The notes under the pieces were generated by a model. It ran no database searches. It saw nothing but the letters and a program-made list of their open reading frames with translations, and was not told the DNA's origin. DNA of 63,847 nt, filler included, from Choristocarpus tenellus KU-1152 (taxonomy: Eukaryota > Protista > Phaeophyceae), in the NCBI GenBank assembly GCA_964200185.2. It is 10 parts of 10 records of this genome, joined end to end, with 100 filler letters (N's around TTAATTAATTAA, not from the genome) between each part and the next. Parts side by side here need not be neighbours in the genome. Positions count along the whole stretch, not along the records: positions 48,429 to 53,484 come from CAXNAD020012016.1; positions 53,585 to 59,813 come from CAXNAD020008628.1; positions 59,914 to 63,847 come from CAXNAD020017067.1; 7 more parts are not named here. One strand, given 5' to 3'. Shown here in pieces: positions 52,692-63,847 of the stretch; positions within the stretch are counted from its first letter, which is position 1, and every line of letters starts with the position of its first letter. The position numbers and the translations under genes were made by a program.

Positions 52692-53215
52692 CTCACTGTA
52701 CGGACATTAATATTGTTAATAGTAGAACGGTTCTATTCAAGAAATAACATACAAACGAGGAAGAGAGTTCTTCCAAAAAGATTCGATCAAAGGTCAAAGA
52801 AAGGTTGTAAAGGTGGCCTGGTGATACCTCTCCCTCTTTGATATTATTACTCTCTTATTACTTCGATCTCCAACTTCTCCACTTCCTCACCTAACCTTCA
52901 ACCATGGTAAAGTCCTACTTCCATAATTTCACCTTACCTATATACCAGTTACTTCTATCTACTCACTGTACGGACATTAACATTGTAAATAATACTAACA
53001 TACAAACGAGGAAGAGAGTTCTTCCAAAAAGATTCGATCAAAGCCCAACAAGTTGTAAAGGTGACTTCCCGATACCTGTACTTTGTAGACATTATTAGTA
53101 TTTTCTTACTTGTGCTCTGCAACTTCTCCACTTCCTCCACCCTACCTGACCAACTCCCTTCAACCATAGTAAAGTCCTATTTCTATAATTAGCCATTATT
53201 ACCTATATAGCAGTT
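52692..53215 (+). repeat. Imperfect tandem duplication, ~270-bp period
   Basis: CTCACTGTACGGACATTAA...AACATACAAACGAGGAAGAGAGTTCTTCCAAAAAGATTCGATCAAAG...CTTCAACCAT.GTAAAGTCCTA starts at 52692 and again at 52962. Confidence 0.9.
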
Positions 53216-53423
53216 ATACAATACAACAGGAGAAGAATGCAGGGTGTCTCCATAATTCACCGGACGATTGAATCCACAAAAAAAAATAGGGGTGGAGATC
53301 GTTGAGGTGTGGCGATTCGCCACAGTAGTCCCTAGTTGTGTTAAAAAACTAGAAACCCCCGAGTTCCAGTACCAACTTCGTGGTAGTTACGATCACGGAA
53401 AAAATCGAGTTTTTCAGGATTAT

Positions 53424-53484
53424 GAGTGAAACTATCTTAGAGGGTACGAATTTTTTCCCTGTTTGTCCATTTGTGGGGCTTGGC
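53424..53484 (+). mobile_element. MITE family B, truncated by contig end
   Basis: GAGTGAAACTATCTTAGAGGGTACG..CCTGTTTGTCCATTTG then N. Confidence 0.85.
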
Positions 53485-53811
53485 NNNNNNNNNNNNNNNN
53501 NNNNNNNNNNNNNNNNNNNNNNNNNNNNTTAATTAATTAANNNNNNNNNNNNNNNNNNNNNNNNNNNNNNNNNNNNNNNNNNNNACTTCACCTTATTTGG
53601 ATCCAAATGGACACCTTGGTGTAGGCCCCCCCCCTCCCAGATACTTTGGGCCTGAGGGCTTACTTGATTTGTTTGTGCCACTCGGCTCCCACTAAAAAAA
53701 GAGAAAGTCATGGGGGTCAAGGCCGGGGGAAGGAGGGGGAGGGGGGGGGGGAGATGGGGAAGAATGGAAAGAACTCTCCCCAACAAAATTGTTGACCTTC
53801 AATCACCCTAC

Positions 53812-54404
53812 CTCGGCCGCCTGCTTGCGATTGAACCACTCCCGGAGTCTGACCTCCTGCCTTAGCAGTGGAAGGTTCACCGCACAGTCTGCAAACAGTG
53901 AAGCTGCCTTCAAGTGTGCAGAGGAACTTTCCTCAATTTTTCCAGCTGACATTAGTTCTTCACCATGTACCTCCAGTGCATACGCCAGGTTGTACCTTTT
54001 TTTTTTTTTCAATGGTGCAACATGAACAAAGAGGAGTGTGGGCAACCATAGTGTGATGAGCAAAGTTTGCATTACAGCATCCAACAAAATTCCTGGGAGT
54101 CACTTGAGACATGGGCTTCATGCAGTTGTCTGACATGCACATCTATGGTTTGTTGGCAGTCTCTGCAACTGTATCAGCTCTCCTTCCCTTGCCTGCTGGG
54201 TACATATTTCTTAAAAGTTTGAGTACTGCACGAGTATATTTGGTTCTGCATCACCTTGGCCAGGGATCGCCCTGTGGGGCGTGCACCTCCTCCTTGCGCA
54301 TGAACACCAGTACAGAACCAAGTTTATCGGGACTTTCCTCTCTGCTGGGACCTGTCCCACCAGGACCGAGACATGTATAGAGATGGATTGTTCCACTACT
54401 ACTT
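53812..54404 (-). CDS. TPR-like helical protein, two internal exons (54404-54255, 53995-53812)
   Basis: The phase-2 junction CCA AG|GTGATG...AAAAG|G TAC gives ...EEVHAPQGDPWPRYNLAYALEVHGEELMSAGKIEESSSAHLKAASLF..., a TPR-like pattern. The downstream donor is GAG|GTAGGG. Confidence 0.5.
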
Positions 54405-54442
54405 CTGCAGGTGTTTTGGTATTAAGATCTGACAAATCAATA

Positions 54443-54707
54443 GAGTGAAACTATCATAGAGGGTACGATTTTTTCCCAGTTTGTTCATTTGTTGGGCTTG
54501 GCTTCCCATGGGTTTTTTGATGACATTTTCCGACTCCAAAATGTTTCGGAGTAGGTAAAATGTATACGTTATGAAAGGTGTGTCCGAAGCATGGATATTG
54601 ACACTTCCTAACAAACACGATAGCCAAATTTCATCAAAATCACAACATTGTATTTTGATCNNNNNNNNNNAATGGACGTGGCTCTACCCTCTAAGATATT
54701 TTGGCTG
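54443..54707 (+). mobile_element. MITE family B (contains a 10-N gap)
   Basis: GAGTGAAACTATCATAGAGGGTACG...TACCCTCTAAGATATTTTGGCTG. Confidence 0.88.
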
Positions 54708-55730
54708 ATATATACATATGTATATATTAAGGGTTAGGGGGCACAGGTATGAAGAGTAACATTAAGGCCAATAGAAAGACTTCTATATGTGAAACTGAGT
54801 AATCAGGAATCATTTCATTCTACCACCCCCCCTAAACTTCTGTTGTTGTTGTTTATATTTTTTACTACTGTCATTGTATTTTTATTTTTTATCATAACTG
54901 TTGTACTAAGGGGGATGGGGGATATATTCTATGGGGTTACAAAAAGTGTTTACTTCTAATGAGAACATTTACTGTATCTAGTCAGCTCAATAACCTTTTG
55001 TAAGGCCTTACTGGAGCTGAAATTAATCACTTCACAGTCTCTTTCGATGATACATAACAGCACATGAAATTTATATTGATAGTGTAAGGAAGAGCATTGG
55101 AAGGAAACATGCCACAGCAAAAAATTATATTATTTGTCTAGCCTCTGTAACTGACAGTAGGAGTGGAAAAGCAGGAGGAGTCGCCTTTGAGTTCAACTTA
55201 TGATAGACTCTTCAGGCGATATACATGCTACTTCAAAGTGTTTTTTTTCCAACCCTATCCTCAACCCTAACTCTAATCCCAACCCACAAGTTGAAGAAAT
55301 TGTTGAAGAGTCATTTGCACTTGAGTCACAAGGACCATCATGGGCAGAGTAGGGATCGGACAAGATACCGATGCGGCCGGGTTGTTGATGGAAGCTATAA
55401 CGTGACCTTAGATGAGCTTTGACAGACGCACCCTCGAACCCATAATTAAAGGAAGGCGTATCCCATGCATCGCTGAGGCTCAGTGGGTTTATGGAGGGTG
55501 TTCCCTGTGCGAACTTTGCGGGTTCAAACCCCACTGACGCTGTACTCTTTTTCATGGAAATCTGGTTTTGATCATCCAAACTATGTCCATTAGCCCACTA
55601 CTACGAACGCAACATTGGTACTATACTCTACTCCGAAGTATTTTGCTACACCACAAAAATGTTGGGGGAAGAATGAGGTGGTAAGGATTCATTGCCAAGT
55701 GACACCAAGGCCAATACAGGAGAAGATTTG

Positions 55731-55763
55731 AGGGAGGAGGAGGAGGAGGAGGAGGAGGAGGAG
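55731..55763 (+). repeat. (GAG)n microsatellite
   Basis: About 10 tandem GAG units. Confidence 0.9.
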
Positions 55764-56207
55764 AGACATGTGGTGGAATGACTGAGCCCAATGCGTGAGA
55801 AGCAAGACACGAATGGAGGAAGACAATTTATCCTAGTGCAAGAATAAGTTACTGTACTTAGAGTACTTCAGAGTATGTGTGAAGTAGTAACAGCGAAGTA
55901 TGCAGTGGCTCTTCCCAAGAGTTGGGACAGTCGATGGACTAAGGTGAAGATAGTAGTATCAACAGTAAATGTTACAATGTAAATATTGATAATATCCTAA
56001 CCATCGCTCTATCACACCTCAATACACCAGGTTCACCCAGATCAATCAACCACAGCTATATCAGTTGACATGTGGTGGGTTGTAACTAAGATGAAAGCTG
56101 CTTATCACCCTCTTACTTCCAAGCCCCTTGATGTTATTTTTCACCACATCAGCAATCGTAGATTTGTTGCTTTGGTATAAAATACTCTGAAGTGTTGTTT
56201 TATATCA

Positions 56208-56466
56208 GATTCAAAGGATTAAAGAGGGTAGGGCTGCGTCTGTTTGGGGGCCAAAATCCGATGTTGCGATTTTGATGAATTTTGGCTATCGTATTGTTAG
56301 CAAGTGTTAATATCCTTGCACTGGACACATCTTTCATAGTTGTGTACATTTTAGGTAACTGTGTTCACACACAAAACCGAAAAAGAGCATAAAAAACCCT
56401 AACTCTAAGTCAAGCCTCGAACGGACAAGCAGGGCAAAACTCATACCCTCTTAAATGCTTTGGGTC
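56208..56466 (-). mobile_element. MITE family B variant with A-like terminus (..AAATGCTTTGGGTC); second copy ~58821-59317 (+, left half low quality)
   Basis: The body aligns with family B (ATGTTGCGATTTTGATG..TTTTGGCTATCG..AATATCCTTG), but the end reads CTTTGGGTC as in family A. Confidence 0.75.
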
Positions 56467-58838
56467 AAAAATGTGAGGCTGCTCCTTAGAGAAAAAAATA
56501 ATGGTCCCTAAATAGTAGCATATATGGGCACACTATAACAATTTTATTTGTTTGTACACGGCTGATTTGTGTTCTGATTCTTGATTTGACACGAGGGAGC
56601 TTCATGTGGGTATAGTGGTTGCCACATCCAACTCGCTATTAAAAAAATGAAATTTATCATTTTCATGGACATTCACCATAGAGCCATATATATATATATA
56701 CCTTGAAGTAGTAAGCTTCAAACAAGAATACAATGACTTTTGATCAATCTTCTTTTGAAATTTGCTAGGTATTGCTCTATGATGACCCAGACTATACATG
56801 TCGATTAACCGATAGAAAAGCTGACAGCGGTTACAGTTGAAGGATGAACGTCCTCTTGACTCTCAAATGTAGAAAATTCATATTTGAGCGACTCTGGCAG
56901 GTATGGCAACAAACAAACGTTTTATCCACGTGCAGATACTTCCCTGATGTAATAAAAAATTCGGAACACAAGAGTGTACACTGAAAAATGAAAAATGGCA
57001 TTGTATGCCCACATTTGCAATGTTACTTGGGAACTAAACTTTAAGAAGTGGGCTACACCTTTGTATGATGCTTTGGTCGATGACGGCATTATATATACTA
57101 ACTGGCTCACCTTTCCACCGGGCATACATTGTTACAGTACTGCTTTATCATTACAATAATAGCAAGGGATCAGGATTTGGGTTAGTGTATTATAGATGGG
57201 ATCGTGCTCCTGGATTGTGCTGCCTGCTTTAGTATGGACCTCTATACAAGCAAATGAATTGTTTCTATATACCAACACTACTAGTCAAGTGTGCTACCAA
57301 CATGGCGTGCCCTCACACCATAGAGGGGGGCAGATTTCATCCTACTTGAATCACTATGAGCCAACGTGTCCTAGACGGGATGAATTCTGTCATTTTGTTT
57401 TGTAAAATTTTGATGTACAAGTGATAAAAGAAGGTGAAAGGAACGCTCTCCCACAGACACCTCTAGATTACGTTGACTAGTTTAAGGACAATAGAGCTCA
57501 TTCCAGGGGGAAGTTAGGGTTAGGGTTAGCTACGGGAAAGAGAGGTAGCCTTGACTTTTTCTGATTAATTTCCCCAAGAATAGCTATTTTTCGGAATTAT
57601 GGATCTGCTGCCAGACTATCGACATCCTCCCGAACTTGATTGGTGTAATTGAACCTTAGGGACACCATGGTCGAGGCAATAGAGTAGGTTGTCATGTAGG
57701 AGATGTACAAAGTTTGAAAGCGACTATAACGTTGTGTTGACACCCTGAAGGTGTTTAGAATTGTAGAAGGAATATTCTACTGTTCCCTTCTCATCGACCT
57801 TTACTCTACAATATCTGTAATGGCTCACTGTTTGAACAAGTAGCAACACAACAGGAACAAACATGATCCAAGAAGGGGGCTAGGGGCGGGGGGGGGGGGG
57901 GGGCTAGTATCCCAAAAAATGAAAAACAAGAAAAGCTATCGTATTGGAGCGCCTGGGTTCCCCNNNNNNNNNNAGGTACAATTATAAAAAAAAGAAAAAG
58001 AAAAGAAATAGGCAAGGGGCGGGGATTGGGTGGGAATGGGGGGGGTGGAGAGGAGGCTAGTATCCCACAAAATGAGAAACAAGAATAGCTATCGTATTGG
58101 AGCGCCTGGGTTCACACTCACATGCCAAAACCACCAGGTTTAGGGTTAGGGTTATACTGAACCAAGAGTACTCATGTTTTAGGTATGGGCAAAATCAACC
58201 AATGGAAACCCTCTACTGCTGTCCGACTGTCTTACATTAGCCTTTCCATATACCCTCTTTCATTGACACTCATATGCATTTGTATATGCAGTCTAATCTA
58301 TATTCGTGCTTGTTTTTTTTTACTAAAAGAATAGAACCTATATCTGCCACCGCATTCACACCTTGCAATGCATCTTGGGCCCTTAACCGATGTTTCCCTG
58401 CCTCTCCACATCCAACCTCATCCGAAGTATTCTCTGTAGGTAAGGGTCTTTGGTCAGGGATATGATGCTGCTCCTTTCTTTTACGTTCTCGGAGATTGAT
58501 GGCTTCATACATGATACTTAGGTGTGCCCTTCCTTCCCCAAGAACGCTCCGTGTCGTCTGCCGCAAGTCTGGCCACCTCTGCAGCTGGGCAGAAGACGCG
58601 TTCTAAAGTCGAAAATCATAGTATTTTTTTTTGCAAGGGTTAGGGTTCGATACGGATGTGGTGACGACGGCACAGAGGTTGCAGTTGACATTTGGGTCGA
58701 TCAAATCGGTTCAAAGATGTTGTCTCAACCTTTTGTCACTAGACCATGTTGTTCCGAAAATCTATTTTAACCCAGCAACGTTCCTCTTGCACAGCAACAA
58801 TCTCACACAAGGCAATGTTTGACCCAAATTTTTGTTAC

Positions 58839-58883
<45 letters not shown>

Positions 58884-59042
58884 GGCTTTTTTTTCCCCCC
58901 GTTTTTTTTTTCCCTTTTTTTGTTTTTTTTTTTTACCCAGAAAAATTTTTGTGTTGGTTNNNNNNNNNNTTTTTTGACCCAAGAATTTTTCTTTTTCCGC
59001 TTCCTCCATTTCTCCCAGGGTATTTTTTGCCCCAAATTTTTG

Positions 59043-59073
<31 letters not shown>

Positions 59074-60848
59074 GCCCCTGTTCGTCCGTTCGGGGCTTGG
59101 GTTCCCACCGGTTTTTTGTGCCCCTTTTTCGGTTTTCTGTGTGAACACAGAAACATTTCGGAGTAGGTACAATGTATACGGCTATAAAAAGGTGTTATCC
59201 GGAGCAAGGACATCGACACTTGCTAACAAACACCATAGCCAAGATTACATCAATAGCACGACATCAGATCTATGAACCCGAGTGGACTTGGCCCTACCCT
59301 CTCAAATGCTTTGGGTCTCTCATGTTTCCCTTTGGTGAAAATAGTTCAAAATTTTTCCTTGTGGCTGAAAAGAAAAAAAGAGACTTCGGGCAGTTCATGT
59401 TCACCGGGAGAGGCATCTATTGTCCCAGAGCAATAAATCTTGCTTGAGGTTCTCCTCTTGTTGCTGTTGGTACTGAAGCCAGCGGCAATTTGAAATTTGA
59501 CATCGATTCCTCGTTGTGTTTTTTGTCACAGGGAAGCAAGGGGGAGGGGGGGGGGCACGGTGTCCTGCACCTTTGACATTTCAGAACAATAATTTAAACT
59601 CTTCAGCTTTGCGACCTATTTTATCCTCTCATTGTTGTTGACAAATTAATCTGGCCAATTAGAGCGTGTCTTGACTCTTTTTGCCAATTTCATTGAATAA
59701 CATTGATGGGTCTACTGGCGAGGAGAAACGTGGTTAAAAAAATGTGTGATACATAACCCCCCCCCCCCCCCCTTACGCTTTTCCCTGAAGCTGCCTGTCG
59801 GAATGTTTGGATTNNNNNNNNNNNNNNNNNNNNNNNNNNNNNNNNNNNNNNNNNNNNTTAATTAATTAANNNNNNNNNNNNNNNNNNNNNNNNNNNNNNN
59901 NNNNNNNNNNNNNCCCCCAGATACTTTGACCCAACTCAGCTATCATACTGCTCCAAAGTCACAAAGTCGAAGGGGTCAAGATACTTGAGCATATAGCTGC
60001 AGCCCTCCTTGATGTTTTCTTGAAGGAAAGAAAAAATCTTGTCCATGAAATTCAGGCAAACAGCTGGGTCCCAGTGCTGCAGTCAGAGGCGAGGTAGAAG
60101 GGGCAGGGGTGGTTGTGGTGGGGAAGGGGTCACTGAGAGTTTCTGTGCTCACCTTCCAAGCCAAAAACAACGTATGCATTAATACTACATGGAGAATTAT
60201 AAAATTGTTTTGAGGAAAGGGTAGGATCACAAGCAATGGCCCTGTGGTCCCAACCTGTTTAGAGGCCTCTGGCGATGTGGCTTCCGAAAATAAGCGTCTC
60301 TACCACAAATATGCTACACCCTAGCTACCTCCTGGTCGTTTTGTGACCCACAGAAGAAGTGAAAGAGCCGCTTCATGTTCGTAACAACACTTATAATTAT
60401 TAATTCTTCCTCTCGCCTTTTAAATACAAGCCCCCCAACTTGCACGAGCAAAAACCACATACATAGTCAAAGTTTCAGATGTTATCAAACAGTTGGAATG
60501 GCAGTGGACACGGTGACAACAGTTGTCACAAGATTTTGTAAAGTTAATCGACACATGTCGAGGTCTCTTGACTAACATAACGGTAACCTGTCATGGAGTA
60601 GTACAGCATCCACGAGTAGTTGTAAATTTAGTTGTCCAAAGTGACTCTTTAATTTTTCGCTCTCTCCTCCAACAATAAGGACGACAACGTAATGATGATC
60701 TCTTCCACCATGACTAAGACCCAGTGTACAATGGCTTTGCACCATTGTTGCTGGTATGGGCGATGCAACACACAACAGTGGGACGAGATGGGACTGCTGA
60801 GACTGGATTGGATACCCCGATTCGATGCATGGCACAGAAGCGGCATAT

Positions 60849-61102
60849 GAGTAAAAGTAAGAGGGTACAAATTTTGCCCTGTTTGTCCATTTGGGGCTTG
60901 GATTCCCTTGGGGTTTGTATGACATTTTCCTACTCCAAAATATTTCAGAGTAGGTAAAATGAGTATGTTACGAATAGGTGTGTCAGGAACGAGGATATTG
61001 ACACTTCCTAACAAACATGATAGCCAAAATTACATCGATATCGCAACATTGGATTTTGGTCCCCAAATGGACGCGACTCTACCCTCTAAGATACTTTGGC
61101 TC
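60849..61102 (+). mobile_element. MITE family B, TSD ATAT
   Basis: ATAT|GAGTAAAAGTAAGAGGGTAC...TACCCTCTAAGATACTTTGGCTC|ATAT. Confidence 0.92.
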
Positions 61103-63246
61103 ATATGACAGCTTTTGCAAGAAATGAAACTTGTTCTCCTGGTTCAGGAGCCAGAAATGTCTGCCCTGTACAGTTGTGAGCTGAGGCCAGCAGTGCACAA
61201 GTGGGTGGGCGCCCAAGAGTAGGATACACTCACCAAGAAGGACATACGCAACCCTCCCCGTCTAATGTGAGGGGGCAGCACAAGCCATTTCGCCGTACAT
61301 GGACATCTTGTGTAAAAACGTGGGGGCGGTCTAAGGTCTTTCTAAGTATAGTATGAGCCACATAGCAATACATTGCACAGTTTGCGGGGCAGGCAATGAA
61401 TGCACAAGATGGTATAAGATTTTCTGTGTGCTTTGGAGGGGTCTCTACGTTGTTACCCTAAAATTTCAGTAAGCCTCTTTATCACTACAAGAACTGATCC
61501 TTGTGCGAGGGTCTTTGATGCACACGAATTAGTTTTCCAGAAGCGATCTGCCCCACAATTTTTCCGACCCGATGGTGAATAGAGAAAGTTTATATTATGC
61601 TGGGAGTTTACGTCACTGCTCAACTGGGGGTCCTACGTGTTCAGCACTACAATGACTATGACCACAACGTCCTGTGTTGGTGTAGTGAAAATTCAAGATC
61701 TCAAAAAAAGAAAAGGAATCAGAATGTTGAAGACTTAAAATAAAAAGATGAATGATCAGCATCAGGTACAGTCTTAAAATGCTCATCAATGACAAACAAG
61801 GCAAGACACGTCTGGTATATATTCAAACGATTGTAGGGAAACAAAATATCAATTTAGATTGTTGATCACCTGGTACTAAAAAAGAGTGTTGCACAACGTC
61901 CAATTTCGAACTGTTACTAGGTTCATCTATTATACACTCTTACGACATACAGTTTTCGTAATACACAAATTTTCGTAACATCTCTACCGCAAAATTCAAG
62001 ACAAAATACTACTCCATACCAAGAAAAAGTTTGAGCAATTGGTTCATGACATTTACCTGGTACAGGTTACCTGGCGAGTCTGTCACGTTTTGTAGCTTGT
62101 GGACCGCACATTGAAGATGTGGGTTGATACAGACTACGTAACTCAGGTCCTCGCCTCCTATAACACACGACCCTGTCTATTACTAGCTGCGATGAAGTTC
62201 AAGGCCACCAAGCGGGAAAATGAACTTCCCACTGAAGAGGACCACGTTGCGGTGTACTGTTCAATCCAACATCGTATCTGAGTATACACTTTCGCGCATC
62301 ACAGACAAACCGACAGATCACAGACAATGCGCACAGGACGAGTACCACGATGAGCCTCCTTCCTCTCATCCTCGCATCCAGTGAGGAAAAAACCATACCC
62401 CGATGGGAGTAACAACGGCGGGAACTATGAGCCCAACGGAAAAAAGAAAGAAAAGGGAAGGATGTGCTAGAAAAAGGAGCACGAATAGTAGGACCAGAGC
62501 AAAGAGAGAGTTCCAATTCTCACGAAAACTGACAATGGCAGAGTTGGCCTTAGAAAAAAAGGAAACAGGGAAAAAACAGATTGCGGCTGAGGAACAACGC
62601 GGGGTTGGAGCAACACGCGCAGGACTTGGTGCCATCCCCTACAGAACATTTCGCTACAGAAACTAGGTCGCTGGACAAAGAAGGCCGAGCGAGAGGGACT
62701 GATTCAATATCAATTACGACACCGCTTCTGCGCACCCCCTCAGGGCTTAAGAGTGCTTTGATGGGGACTAATCTTGTAATGGAAAGAAGATGAATAACAC
62801 GGGCACACATAAAATCCACAGGACAGTACCGGGCATAGGGCTTGCTTCCGTGCAGCACACGGCACCAGCTGTACATTTAGTGAAGTGTACTGTAAGGGTT
62901 GAATACATACAAATCGAACAATTTAATATAGAATGCTGCGCTGGCGCCACTAGCAACAGACAACTGGGGGGTTTTGCACCTTTCATCTATTTTCAATTGA
63001 CAGGTGAAGCAATTACACAGTCATCAAAACTAAAAAGAACCTAATGCCAGGACATGCACGGCGGGGGTGGGGCACATTTCTTGGGCTACTAATCCTGAGG
63101 AAGCTGGTGATCTTGGATAATTTGACAAAAATAGGTCTTCCTGACAATACAAACATCCGGATTAGAGAGGACAACTTGGGGAACTCTCATTTGAAACATT
63201 GATCATAATTCCTATTGAAAAAGTTAAAAGGCGTTTCCACGTATGA

Positions 63247-63505
63247 GAGCCAAAGTATCTTAGAGGGTACAACCGCGTCAATTTGGGGGCCAAACTCCAA
63301 TGTTGCGATTTTCATGTAATTTCAGCTATCATAGTAATATAAAAGTGTCAATATCCTTGTTCCAGAAACACCTTTTCTTAATGTATACATTTTACCTAAT
63401 CCGAAAAATTTCGGTGTAGGAAAATGTTATTAAAAAAAACGTGGGAAGCCAAGCCCCAAATGGACAAACAAGGCAAAACTTGTACCCTCTAAGATACTTT
63501 CACTC
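63247..63505 (-). mobile_element. MITE family B, TSD ATGA
   Basis: ATGA|GAGCCAAAGTATCTTAGAGGGTAC...GTACCCTCTAAGATACTTTCACTC|ATGA. Confidence 0.93.
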
Positions 63506-63611
63506 ATGACATTCCTCTTTCTGAACGAGTTAGAAACCAAAGCATACACAATACTTGTACTAGGACGCAGCGACTACAACCCAACTGCAACAGGAACTAA
63601 CAAATATTTAT

Positions 63612-63805
63612 GGCTCAAAGTATCTGGTGGGGGTGGGGGTGGCGGCTGTCCATTCGAGGTCCATTTTTCCATGTCGTGATTTTTGGGTGAATTTGATTGC
63701 ATGCGTTGGATGGACAATCCAAGTGCACTTCTCCTGGTCAGGGTCTGAATGGACACACGCCGGTGTAGACCCCCCCCCCCCCCTCCCCCCCAGAGATGCT
63801 GACCC
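63612..63805 (-). mobile_element. MITE family A, right end degraded
   Basis: GGCTCAAAGTATCTGG..GGCGGCTGTCCATT..GTGTAGACCCCC..CAGA. Confidence 0.85.
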
Positions 63806-63847
63806 CCAGTATGGGGGAAAGGGCCCTCAACGAAACACCAAAAACCA

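Noticed and set aside
55472-55540. A-box/B-box-like pair (GGCTCAGTGG...GGTTCAAACCC)
   Set aside because: No cloverleaf can be folded. At most a very old SINE relic, too weak to call.
57900-58112. ~60-bp direct repeat (GCTAGTATCCC...GGAGCGCCTGGGTTC)
   Set aside because: It flanks a 10-N gap next to a poly-G run and is probably an assembly overlap artefact.
58840-59075. Poly-T tract with Phe/Lys-rich ORFs
   Set aside because: Low-quality read-end sequence around a 10-N gap that overlies a MITE B variant.
62366-62793. Basic/charged ORFs, similar to those at 29667-30489, 48741-49421 and 58270-58566
   Set aside because: No recognisable domain or consistent exon chain. They could be exons but cannot be supported from sequence alone.
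1-63847. Endogenous giant-virus or bacterial insert
   Set aside because: No intronless gene-dense stretch and no viral or prokaryotic hallmark ORFs.

Overview
This is eukaryotic, intron-rich and repeat-rich DNA. It is most consistent with a photosynthetic stramenopile (brown-alga-like), an inference from a bipartite plastid-targeting peptide, TTAGGG-type seeds and a DD39D-type mariner. The window is not one locus: ten contigs are joined by nine artificial 100-bp linkers (44 N + TTAATTAATTAA + 44 N), so adjacency across linkers means nothing. Host genes rebuilt from splice sites and exon phase: a complete 3-exon plastid-targeted orphan (6194-7227), the 5' part of the splicing factor RED/IK (13254-14638), the WD40 end of Raptor (18133-22386), a bromodomain protein (minus strand, 39931-43016), a QRICH2/DUF4795-like coiled-coil protein (45308-47825) and a TPR-like fragment (minus strand, 53812-54404). 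Most of the rest is decayed transposons (probable MULE, tyrosine-recombinase retroelement, DD39D mariner, Ty3/Gypsy) and about 17 copies of two MITE families. The most interesting signal is the MITE pair. The two families have unrelated bodies but share a terminal CAAAGTATCT motif and an inverted subterminal CCAAATGGAC motif, yet appear to make different target-site duplications (3 vs 4 bp), and two copies have mixed ends. Two probable GC-AG introns were also found. There is no CRISPR array, prokaryotic operon or recognisable giant-virus insert. All family assignments come from recognising motifs by eye; no database search was run.
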